NCBI GenBank assembly: GCA_964304625.1
Contig: OZ199839.1
Location: 6,568,340 to 6,589,485 of the forward strand
Reading direction: 5' to 3'
Origin: Kudoa neothunni
Lineage: Eukaryota > Animalia > Cnidaria
DNA: 21,146 bases
Shown: positions 1 through 11,400 of the stretch, piece by piece
How the letters are laid out: every line of letters starts with the position of its first letter
Numbering within the stretch: position 1 is the stretch's first letter
Made by a program: the position numbers and the translations under genes
Notes under the pieces: generated by a model
What the model was told of the DNA's origin: nothing
The model's database searches: none
Seen by the model: only the letters and a program-made list of their open reading frames with translations

Positions 1-700
1 ATTATAAAAATATTTAATCCTTTAATTATAACAATGTTCCGATTTTGTCCGTAGGAAAATATAAAATAATTGTATAATTTAAACTTGAGAATAATGGGTT
101 TTAATCGATCATGAAAAATACTCTCAATGTACCTTTTCGGCTGATTAAAAATTAGCATTCAAATACTCATGGATATTGCATTGAAGGTCTATCTAAAATG
201 ATATCAGGCATAAGTTAATCCATCAAACAATTGAAATTTACGATATGTATGATAGGATCAAATTTTATTCATAAACAGTCAGTTGATTATTTAGCAAAAA
301 AATATGTCCCAAAAATTGGTTATTTACTTAATAATATTTGAATCGTTTTTTTTAATCAAAATCCCTTTTGTCACAACGTTAATCATTAATCACATATTTT
401 AAGCTGATTTTGCACGATGACACCGTTATTATCATGTATGGGTATGATGAAAAATATTTGTGGGCTGATTTCGATTAATTACTAACTGCGTGCACCTAGG
501 GCATAATGCTAATTCACTATTTATCACAGAAATTGTTCTATTGATGTTGTTATGATATTTTTGAGTGAGAACAATTCAAAGAGTGTTCAAAATTTGTGAA
601 TAATTCACTGTGAATATGTTAATAAAGTATCCTAACACTGGATTAGTAACAGGCGCACGCAGAGGGTCAGGGTACATGCACTTTAATGTAACATTTGGCC

Positions 701-2440
701 ATGTCCGACAGTGAAAATCCTACCAGTATCAAAGATTCTAATAAAAACAGTCATCTAAAAAATGAAACCGACCACGACAGTTCACAAGAGGATTTGGATC
801 CACGAATAAAAGTAAAATTGTTGTTTGTAGACGGATGTGGAGTGAGATTTTTTTTGTGATTAGGAAAATTTGGAATTGTTAAATGATTCCTCGGATAAAT
901 TAAATAATGCAACCACCAATTTGACAGTTTGTCGTTCGAACCAACAACCACAATTAACCTTTTTTTAGTATATAAGAAATCAGTTGAATTCTATGATTTC
1001 CAGGATTGAGATACTTCTTGGTGATTATTACATTAAACATCGAAGATCAATAGAAAAAACTCGTAACTATTTAAAATGTCTACTTGCATTGAAAATCGTA
1101 TGATTTTTGTTGTTGTTGTGAGTTTGAAATGGTGTAATTTGTGTGTATGTTTAAAGGAGGCTGATTCATGTTACATTCATGTGATGGAGTACGATGCGTC
1201 GACATTTGCGTTAGAGCAATGCAGAACTATTTGCAACCGCCTAGAAAAGGATCTAATCGACAACAACAACCACGCTGATGACAGAGATATGGAGTCATGC
1301 GTTAACAGTCTTCATCAATTGAATGAGGCCAACGAGAAATTAGATTATTGGACTAAAAAGGCTGCCGATCAAGAGTTGATAAAAAATGAGGCGCTTCGCA
1401 AATTGCGCACCGTGTATAACACATGCGCGGGGACAATAAAACGCTATAAATCCTCTTCCAACTCGGGTATGCTGTATTTTCGGCAAAAATTGTTCTTCTT
1501 CAAGTGTATACATGCTATTCTCTCGTACATCACAAAATTGCAAAAATTCATAGTGCATTTAAATGAAAACTATAACGATCTCCTTATATCCACTAATCAA
1601 CTCAGTTTTGAACTACAAAACAAAGATGCATTACAAATTAGAGATATATCATCGTTGGTTTTTCAGAATTACCTGGAAGATTCCAAAAAACATGATTTAT
1701 GCATTGGAGATGGCCGTGTGTTGGTAGACAAAATTTTTAGCATCGTTTTTCAGATGAATTACATCTGTACTGTTTCTAACGTGGATTCGTCTATCATAAA
1801 CACCACCACCACCACCACCACAACTAGTGGAGGGGGAGGTTCACGATATAGTGCCAGTTTTGAGCATTCACATCTCGAAAGCGATTCCTCACATGATTCA
1901 AAAACAAAAATTACCAATTTCTCAACGCCTATTAATGGCAAAATCGCTCTCTGCTCAAATCTCAGTGATGAATCTGCAATAAACTATAACGAAATATCGG
2001 ATAGTTTTGCAAAACTTGATCTAAGTGACACTGTTGAAAATGATTGTGTCACAGACAACTACATTCAAGCCAACCTTACATCAGAAAATTGCGACCTATC
2101 TAATAACGACGATTCACCACACGTTGTTGATAATTCAACTGAGTGTACCGCTAGAGTTTCAATTTCTGCTTCGATCGCTAAACTAGATGATTCGGAGGTG
2201 GCTTTCGCGGATGAAAATCAATTTGTTTTCAAGTCCAACCTTTGTGCCACACGTTCACATCCAAACACGAATCCAGCCTACAACAAATATTTACTGACAG
2301 GGAATAACAGTGTTTCACGTTTGTTGAGGTTCACTTCTATTGGTTTCGACAAAACTTTATCACATGAGCCCTCCAGTCAAACATCCACATCTGTAATCCA
2401 CCCAAAAGGGTCTTCTCTACACAAAAAAAACAAAATCTGA
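701..2440 (+). CDS. SH3BP5: SH3 domain-binding protein 5-like (SH3BP5/Sab/Parcas/REI-1 family Rab11 GEF) with long low-complexity C-terminal tail
   Basis: Spliced model: exons 701-811, 864-926, 969-1097, 1157-2440; phase-0 GT-AG introns of 52, 42 and 59 nt; 528 aa. The translation ...EDLDPRIK/ENLELLNDSSDKLNNATTNL...SIEKTRNYLK...LYFRQKLFF...KDALQIRDISS matches recalled SH3BP5 motifs (VDPRIQGELEKLNQSTDDIN, VEDSKPYWE, PYFELKAKYY, KMALKNLEMIS) in order. The track start at 1076 is internal and out of frame with exon 3. The 3' end may splice on to 2588-2860. Confidence 0.85.
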
Positions 2441-2587
2441 TTTTATCTTAAAAAAAGTGAGCTTTAATACATTAAAAATCGATTAACAACTATTCGTCTA
2501 CGTGTGGATTGTTTTTTTATTGATAATTTTTAAAAACCGACATTTATCTCATTGCATACCAATTCTAATCTATGTGTGTTGTCTTAG

Positions 2588-2860
2588 ATTGTTATTAATG
2601 AGATCCCGTCCACTAAATACCTGTTCAACACATCATCCGATTTTATCATCGATGAACAAGATGCTGGAGATTTAACTGTATGCCATGCCGATGTAAATTC
2701 CTCCAAAATTAATATGGATATTTCTGTCTATGATATGAATACTTCTTTTATCAATAATATCCATATTTTTATTGCGCTCAACTTGGAAAAATATCATAAT
2801 TTGCCGAATATGCCAAAGATTGGCAGAAAAAAGAATCCACGATTCAAACATTTTTTCTAA
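2588..2860 (+). CDS. Probable additional terminal coding exon of the SH3BP5-like gene
   Basis: A stop-free 90-codon frame (IVINEIPSTKYLFNTSSDFIIDEQDAG...PKIGRKKNPRFKHFF*) begins right after the acceptor gtcttag (2581-2587). It is in the same frame as the upstream exon and can be joined through the phase-0 donor gtaatc at 2393. Confidence 0.55.
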   Translation: MVINEIPSTKYLFNTSSDFIIDEQDAGDLTVCHADVNSSKINMDISVYDMNTSFINNIHIFIALNLEKYHNLPNMPKIGRKKNPRFKHFF

Positions 2861-2975
2861 TTTTCTTACACCTAACGATGTAGCAACAGGTTGGTATAGT
2901 TTTGTATTATAGATTCTTTTATCTTAAATTAATATTATTGTTTTTATTTCGATTTGTTTTTTTGTCTCATGCAAT

Positions 2976-3019
2976 TTATTATTATTATTATTATTAATTA
3001 TTAATTGTTGTTGTTGTTG
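2976..3019. repeat. Imperfect (ATT)n/(GTT)n microsatellite
   Basis: ttattattattattattattaattattaattgttgttgttgttg read directly from the sequence. Confidence 0.7.
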
Positions 3020-3729
3020 ATTTAATCCCCTTTCTTTAATTTATTTTAACTCTTATTTTTTTCGTATTTTTCGGATGCTTTTAATTAAGCTGCGCAGGCG
3101 GGGGAGAAGTAATAAAAAGGGCTGGCTATTCTCACGGTAACGAATATCTCCCTCATTTGTTTATATATTCTTTTTTGAATCCGCAATTGTATTAAAATAT
3201 TGTTTATCGACATAATATCCCATTTTTACGCTAATATTTTTATAACATAATTTATGGATTACTATCATGTTTTGTTATTTTACTACTATTTCCAAATAAA
3301 ATTAATTAGGATAAATATTTTTGTTTTATTTTTAATCAGATACCAGTTATTTTAGTGAAAAAAAACTGTAATACTGCATAACGCAATCATGCATCATTTA
3401 CGTGAATCCTCGGCGCTTTCATGTTTCAAGTATTTTCGTTGCAACACGTTGGTTAAAATTAGATTTGAAGTCGTATAGGTCATTTAAATTATTATTCCTT
3501 ATGTGATTAAACTATTACCAAACAACACAAGGTTATATTTTGCGTTTACTTCAAGTGTTAACATGAAATATACATTGCGTACAGTATTAAATATATCACC
3601 GTTGTATTAATTTCGCTCCGATAAGATTAATAGCGATTAAAAATTTATTTCAGAATAATTACATAACCAATGTCTAAATTTATTTTATTTCATTGTAGAA
3701 ACTGAATAATGCGGAGCACGGTAATTATC

Positions 3730-4325
3730 GTGAACTTAACTAAATTAGCGACAACATCAGCTGAGGTCTGGGTTGATTCTTACGAAATATTCTTAGATAC
3801 GTTCAAAATTTCAGAATGTTTTATTAAGGAACATGCTAAAGCAAAATTGAATAAATTTATAATCTAAATGAATAATCTTCCATTCACATAAGATAAATAT
3901 ATTAGAATGAGATACATTTTTGATAAAGAAAATTTATTCAACGCATCCATTTGCATTAATCCTGATCGTGAAATGTGGAATGGATATTTGATTTTAGACT
4001 AATTATATTTAACATCATGTTTTCATATGAGTCAGACAGAATTCTTGAGCTTAATATCCGTAAATTATTTTATACAATTCTTTTATTTACTTATTTTATT
4101 AAGAAATGATAAGCCGACGATTCAACGCATTCCGAATTGACAACACTCCTGAGAAATTAATGTCCGGTCGTTATAAAAATAAAGTTATTTAAAAAATAAA
4201 TGGTATTCATTATTCATATCTAGATCTAATAATTTTAAGAAACATAAAATCAACTGGTAGGCAAAAGGATAGCAGAATAACTGCGATTTGTCTTCCAGAG
4301 GGAAGAACCTGCAGAGGTAAACAAT
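3730..4325 (+). mobile_element. Degenerate MULE/SWIM-type (ZSWIM3-like) transposase C-terminal relic, copy A
   Basis: Translated fragments KLATTSAEVWVDSYEIFLDTFK (from 3742) and IKSTGRQKDSRITAICLP (from 4244) are collinear with copy B at 12444 and 12915. They resemble the recalled 'KLAxLASE' and 'KKRGRPKG..TVIGLP' motifs of invertebrate SWIM-MULE proteins. Stops and frameshifts lie between the blocks. Confidence 0.5.
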
Positions 4326-5280
4326 AAATAAAGATTACTTATTAATAAAATGTTATCAATTAAATTAGTTACAATCCAATATTTATTTAAGTCGTTGATT
4401 ATCTCTTGATCAATTTATTTCAATTTGTTTGATGTTAAATAAATTCTACCACTCGTTCATTTTCAGTTTCAAAATTAGCAGATTCAACAATCAAAGGAGT
4501 AAGCTCGTCAAAGTGTTCTGATGTAGGCATAATGACTTCTTCTTGAATAATCTAGGAATTTTCAGCTGAGAATTCTTTATCGCTAAAATTAATATTTGAT
4601 GAACGCTCGCATTCATTGGCTGCAGGGACCCCATAGCTAAAGAATGGGTTATTGGTTTGAGTTAAGCCAAAAATTATTTCAATATCGCCACCAACAATCG
4701 ACTAGAGGCAATGAATGGAAAGCTCAAAACTGTTATTACAAAATTCTCGACTCTTGAGGATTTTTTCTCCAATCTACTATATAAAACAAACCGGTAATCC
4801 GCGTGTGTCAGTGTGTACGCATTTTTCATTTTTGATAGAGAGAAGTATCGCTCCATTTGAGCACACATATGGAAAGATAAAATTTTATTTTAACACAGAA
4901 AAATACATAACAATTATAAAAGGTTTGCATCCTGCAAAATGACTAAAAATATTTTCACGTGCTATGAGTGGTATGATTTCAGGATTTATGCTAACATATA
5001 GGTCATTTCGTTAAAGTTATAAAAAGTTAATTTTAAATGTATCATAGTGTTTATTTTACTTTAAAATTATTGGAAAGAAATTTAGTAATCGAAATAGTTC
5101 GAATGAGGAAGCTAATATTAGGTTATGTATCCAGGCATTAATATGAAATTCAAACGCTCAGTAGTATTTATTCGTTTTTAAAAATATTAAATAAGGTTCA
5201 TGCATCCAATGAGTTAAATACATCACCGGTTAATTGGGTAATCTTTTTACTATTTATCTAAATACTCTGAATTTACTTTG

Positions 5281-5343
5281 AACTTCAAATGACCTTGGCC
5301 TACTCAAGACTTTAGTTTGCGTGGCGGGGCTTTCGCGTTAGTT
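5281..5343 (+). mobile_element. Internally deleted Helitron-like 3' terminus related to 11935-12008
   Basis: ctttagtttgcgt-g-gcggggctttcgcgttagtt aligns to ctttagtctgcgt...gcgaggcttttgcgctagtt. A tgaccttg motif lies just upstream. Confidence 0.45.
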
Positions 5344-5783
5344 CTTTATATATTCATTAGAAAAAATTTTACGGGACATCATAGACATACCTAACTAAAA
5401 TCATCAATTACAGAGAATGTAAAGATAATTATGACATCTAATTATTTAACTTTTTAACGATTTTTCAATATTCCGTGTATTTAAATTAAAATTAATATAT
5501 ATGATACAATGGAACATCTTTTGAAATTTTAAATATTCGGTATTTCAGCCTTTATTGGATGTTATCATTGCAAAAAATATAAGATTAATGTTATAAAAAC
5601 AAACATAGGACGTTACTTTAGATATATTAATTGTTGTTAAATACTTAATGTAATTATACACACCTTCGATAAAACTGATTTATTTAATCCTAATCGTATT
5701 CATATATTGAAAATTATTAATGATTCATACATCTTATGATTATTATTGCTCGTTCCGAATTTTCTTAGGCATTAGATAAAACA

Positions 5784-7247
5784 ATGAGATCCTCACTTTA
5801 TAAAATAATATATATTATATCGTTATCATATTGTCTAGCCGGTAATTGCCAAATTACAGTAATCAGTCTATCTACTCATTAGATCCAATTTTACCATCCT
5901 ACGAGAGAGATGAAGGGGATTGGCCTATAGGTGTTGAAAAAAGCATGAATAATGTCATTGATCGTTGGTTTATTGACATCAATGACGCTAAATGCAAACC
6001 TCTAGAATATCGAGGTATCAAGGGGAATTATAACAATTTTGCGTCTAAAGGACTTTGCGAAATGCACGGTATGGCATGCATTAAAATTTTCTATATTAAG
6101 ATTCTCCCAAGGTAAGTTGACCAAAAGAGAAAAACTTCAAGGATGTAAAAAACCAAAGCATCCTGGACATTGCGTTAAAAATTCCAAAACAGTGGAAAAA
6201 TACCACTTTAATCCAACAACTGCAAGATGCGAACCTTTCAACTATAATGGCTGTGGTGGAAGTTTTAATAGATACGAAAGTGACACTGAGTGCTATCTTT
6301 ATTGTTTAAGTAAGCATCACTAATTCGAATTCTAATAGTTACTTATTTATCTTTTAATTAGATAAAAAAAATGGTGGGCTCACAAATGCTGATGACTCCA
6401 AACTAAGTAATCTTGTGGACAAAGAGAAATATACGGTTCCAAACATTTTGGACTGCACATTAAGACCCGATGTTAAAGATAAAGATCCAAGCACTGCCAT
6501 TATTGCGGATACCAACAACAATAAGTGTGCTTTTGCTGCTGCTTCAATAGATTCTAATACAAGAGGAATATTTAGATCGTTTGCTGAATGCATCAAAAAA
6601 TGCTTTCGTATGCTAAATATTTTATTCTAAGATTTTTATCTTGTTAGCATATCCAAATAGTACTGCTAACAATGGTACCGTAAAAAAAGAAAATAAGAGG
6701 GTTGCTGCTTGTGACAGCAATCCTTCACAAACGGCTAAAACTGTCAGTGAAGGTTCTGAAAATATTATATTCAGGTATTATTATGATTCTACCACTGACG
6801 TTTGTAAACGAATGGAAACTGGCCCTATTTCAGACTCTGATTTCGATAATACGAAGAATAGTTTTCCCACCATGGAAATGTGCCATAGTTATTGCGGCGC
6901 AGGTACGAACTCGTTATAATTCTCTAAAATATGAAAATTTTTAAAATATTACTTATAACCTTTATTGAGTAAAATCAAATTTTTTTTAAAATTTAGGGGG
7001 TTACAAGAAAGAAATAAAAATCGAAGAAACATGCACATTAGGAAAAGGAGGTGAAGGGAGTGATGGGACTTATAAAACAAAAAGATATTATTATAATTCA
7101 AGTGAAAAAAAATGTAAATCATTTTGTTACAAAGGATATGATGGAAATTCGAACAACTTTAAAACAAGTGCGCAATGCCAAGCAATATGTGGAGAAGTAT
7201 ATAATGAAGGCAAAAATGCTGAGAATGATGAAACCACTAACTGTTAA
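5784..7247 (+). CDS. Secreted multi-Kunitz (BPTI-type) protein with five tandem domains
   Basis: Signal-peptide-like exon 5784-5841 (MRSSLYKIIYIISLSYCLA), then exons 5883-6068, ~6142-6309 (acceptor uncertain), 6362-6607, 6648-6902 and 6997-7247; all introns phase 1; about 387 aa. Domain 2 is canonical (CKKPKHPGHC...YHFNPTTARCEPFNYNGCGGSFNRYESDTECYLYC). Domains 1, 4 and 5 show RW/RYYY...C...N.F...C motifs, and domain 3 is the most degenerate. Confidence 0.92.
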
Positions 7248-7929
7248 TTTTTAATGGAATATAAAAGCCATAATTAGTTACAAAATGAACAGAAATATTT
7301 ATTTCTATAAAAGAATCATTATTAATTTGTTGATCGAATTTTTTTGTAAATCCATATAAAAATCGCGCCGTTTAGTAAGTACAGCCAGAAGAATAAATTT
7401 AAAAATAACATAAAGAAATCATGCATCTAAATATATTTAAGTTAGTTTTATAATATTATACTTTCTTAAGAAAATAAGAATGTTATTTTTTAATGTCATT
7501 TTTATAAGATGCCTATGTGTAATGCTATTTGTATAAAAATTAAAAAACTTAATCTGATCCTTATCAATTTTAAATATTAATTCTGTAATTTATATAGATA
7601 TCATGGATAAATTTTTTATAGCCAAACCAGTTACTGAATATTGGTCAATTATTATTTCCAATTGAACTCTTAAAAAATATCGTAAGTTGTGAAAGTATAA
7701 CTAATTGACTATCATAATTTTTAGATAATTCTTTTCGACAATTTTCTATCGTGTATTCTAAAATTACCTATTTCTAAGTTCATTATTTTTGTCTAAAAAC
7801 AACGGTACTCGGTTTTAAAACAATAAATAATAAATGAACAATAATTTTCTATCATATTCATTTTCATGTTTTCTCTCACCGAAACCAAAATATTTATTTC
7901 GCCGAAATCATTCAATTCAATTTCTTTTA

Positions 7930-8414
7930 TCAAGTGAATCTTCTCTTTATCTTTTGAAATACATCAGCTGAAACCACTATGCCAAGAATTATCGCTAATC
8001 CGACCAAAGTACACTATTCGCCATTTATATTAGTATTAAGTGTTATTAACGTTCCACAGCTCATTTCCCCATAATTGCCAGGCATGGCGGATGTATAAGA
8101 GTGGACGCCCTTAAAACAACAGAATACTTTTTATTGTATACTAAAAATATGAATCAATAAATATTAAATGAAAAAACAAAGAAATGAATATAATTAAATT
8201 TTTTTACTTATGCATAACCTGAAAAATATATTTATTGCGGATTTTTTAATGTTTTTTGTTGTTGAATAATTAATCTTTTAAAATTATATATTAAATTTTG
8301 TTACAAATACATCTGAATGGTAGCTAACAACTTATCGTAAAATTTTTAAATGCTTAACTCACGTACACCTCTGGTCATATGAACACGGAAACTGGTTATT
8401 TACTCTACAATGAT
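7930..8414 (-). pseudogene. Possible decayed multi-exon gene for a cysteine-rich (LDLa-like) single-pass membrane protein
   Basis: A splice-site-bounded segment 8414-8363 encodes HCRVNNQFPCSYDQRC. 8013-7930 follows an acceptor and encodes CTLVGLAIILGIVVSADVFQKIKRRFT* (hydrophobic helix plus basic tail). I could not build one consistent reading frame. Confidence 0.3.
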
Positions 8415-11400
8415 CTAAAAAACTGAAAAAATGTTGGAATATCGAACTTTAAATATTATTATAGTTAAAAATTCCTTCTGCTCAATCAGGTACAATGGAA
8501 CCGATTGGAGTTGTAAGAATTTGTTATATACTAAGTAGTAAAATATTTTTAAGAATAAAAAGTTTTGTTCTTTATAATATAGAAATAAAAATTTGATTTT
8601 AATTTTTGTGATGGCAATATTTGGTAAATCATTATGGTATCTTTTGAGTATTACAGGATGCCTATAATAACTACATTTTTATCTAAAATGATTACAAATT
8701 AAGGCAATATAATTATTAATTGTATTTGATCCGTAATAATCATTTAAGGGACTATTAACGTTTTCAAGAGACCCCTTCAATAAACATAATTCTAGTATTC
8801 TCTAAGATGCGAATGGAACATCTGGTTTTTGAATAGTTTTATCTTGAGAAATTGATTGAAACAATTCCAGCAAACACGCATGGTTCTAAAATTTTTGAAA
8901 CCCTTTCACATGATTCGGATATAGATTTTTAAATAAGGAATTATTATCCAGAGAAGAAACCTTTTAGATAGTGACCACGCACTTTAATAAATTGGAATCT
9001 CAATAAATGATGCTTTGGATTATACTGCTTAAAATATAAACATAAGAACATCGAAGAATATTTAAAATTTTAAAATAATATTTTAGAGAGTAAAAAGTAA
9101 TATTTTCTCCAGAATTAATATTAATTTAGATATTATAGAAAGTGATATCTAGAGATGTGCTATAGTAATCGAAATTTAGATAAATGAAAAACATAAATCT
9201 TCGTTTTAATAATTTTAGAATGAAATCTCTCATTTATATTAAAAGCGAATTATCTCATAAATAATAATGATGATGTATCTTGCCTTTTTATTCCAACATT
9301 CGCTGATGTCATGCCACAGATATGTTAATACTCATTAAATATTTTGTTGGTGATCAAAATCAGAATGTTTTAGAGAGAGGAATTAAAATATAAATATTGT
9401 TTTAAATTCTTTTAGTAATAATTATTGAAAAAATTATTTAATATCCCAAAAGTTAAAAACAGTGTAAATTAAAAAGCGGTGTTAACAACGAATTTTCTAA
9501 TTCCAACGTAGCCGAACGAATCAAGAACCCCAGTTTCTGCTTTAGTTTTTTCTAAAAAAGATTATAAATGAAATGATTATGAATTGTAAATATTCCATCA
9601 TTTTGAGTTTTATATTGGGGAAAAGGTAGAACAAGGGCGTGCGAGTATTTAACTAAATAAACACCTATATTCACATCGAATTATTTCAGGAACTAAATAA
9701 AAAATTAGCTGATAGTACAAAAATCTTTAGAAATTTTTGGCTCGATATAAAAAAATTAAAAGCTGACATTTTGTAAAAATAATCTAAGTTTTATATTTTC
9801 AGGCAAATTTCGAATTCAGCTATATTTCTTAACAACTTAAACAAAATAAAATCGAAGAAGACGGAAAACCTTAGATATTACATTACTATTACTGCACAAA
9901 GACTAGGGTAGTTGTTCATAATCATGGTATTTGAAGAAAAATGTAAAAAAATGAACCTCGAGGTACACGCTTGTAGCATCTATATCTTCTATATCTGTAT
10001 ACATAATAAAGTTCTTGTTTGCCAGTGTGTGTGTCAGTTTGCAGCAGTACGCATATGCCACGGAGAAACTTTCTTTAAATATAGCTGTAAGTTTGTATTT
10101 GAATAGATGAAACCATTAATAAAAATCGATAATTTACTTAGAAGTATAAATATAGTCAATAACACAGTCCGGAGTAAGGAATTTTCTGATTGACTTCACA
10201 AATAGCAGATTAAAAAGCATCTGCATAATATTGATATTTGTTTACTTCTGGTTCATAGACAATTAAAATGAATTTTTACTCATTATATAGAAAGTCTCCT
10301 AATTATGATTTAGAATGTTCTAAAAATTTTACATATGCCTGTTCGGAGTACTTTTAAGACAAGTAGAACTATTAACGTCACATTTACAAGAGTCGTCGCA
10401 TTTCCCTTAAATTATGAAGCATAAACATGTTATTTGGTATGTGTTTTCTCTTTTCGAGCGTTATGAATATAGTTAAGCAAAGTAGATTATGATCATTTTA
10501 AATAAAACACATAATTTGAGTCTCTATACGTATCCTAAAAACTATGTAAGAAATGAGTAGAGTTTTCAAATAATTATACCTGTATGTTAACTTCTTAAAT
10601 GAAAATTATACTCCACTGGAATTTCTGAGATGTGAATATTTCTTTTTATCAAATATGTCGATTGAGATTGAAACTATATTCGTCTTTTCGATAAGTACTT
10701 ACTCATTATTTGGTTTTCCTAAACTTTCTTGCAAATCGGCTGACATAACTAATTCGATAAGTTTCTATATTTGATGAGACAATTTTTTAAATAATGTTTA
10801 AGTTCATAGTTACCTAATTATTCCCTATCCCAAAACCATAAGATTAATATTCAAATCAATATACTGTTTTCTTTAGGCTCACATTAATTCATTTTGATAT
10901 GAAAGCTGCATGAAAATACGCGACATCGCTTTCTATACGTAGTTTAAGAATTTATATTCACGATTACTTTTACACAAAATACAATCCCCTCTCAATACGT
11001 GCCATGTAAGTTAATAAGAAATTATTGGTCTATTCGATCTAACCGATATTTTCACAAAGTTTTCGTTAATCTACGAATAGTTCAATACGAAGAAATTTTT
11101 TTAGGGCACTCAAACAGTACGTTATTTTAAAAAGGTGCACTCCTTCGAGAAAACCAGTTGATGTTTGAGCATTGCTGTAATTTTTCAACTACAAAACACC
11201 TTTACAGTTTAGATTTAATCTTATTTTGTTAATTAAATTTATATACTTTTGAACCAGTAGGTATTTTTGTAAAAAAAAGTTACATTTATTTAAAAATCAG
11301 GAAATTATGTTTGAATAGTGAATACGTAAGTTACCACTCACAGCTTTTCAAAATATCACTGGCATCATTATTAAATTGCGAAAAAAGGAGTAACAATTAA

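Noticed and set aside
751-951. Minus-strand 66-aa ORF
   Set aside because: It is the antisense shadow of SH3BP5-like exons 1-2 and their introns.
1076-1156. ATG at 1076 as gene start, or a 39-nt intron at 1118-1156
   Set aside because: Family homology continues upstream in another frame. The donor at 1098 joins exon 969-1097 in phase.
1467-1504. Intron-like gtatgc...ttcaag (38 nt)
   Set aside because: Removing it frameshifts to an early stop, and the segment encodes LYFRQK, matching the conserved SH3BP5 PYFELK motif.
2393-2408. 16-nt GT-AG intron that would repair the frame
   Set aside because: It is far below the 32-nt minimum seen elsewhere in the window.
6354-7254. Track ORFs 6354-6596 (-), 6702-6944 (+) and 7051-7254 (+)
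   Set aside because: They are antisense or alternative-frame overlaps of Kunitz exons.
9900-10106. Cys-rich plus-strand ORF, and minus-strand KLTAIFKESFSVAYAYC faintly like Lon protease VMKESAxIAY
   Set aside because: There are no further supporting motifs or exon structure, and the similarity is too short.
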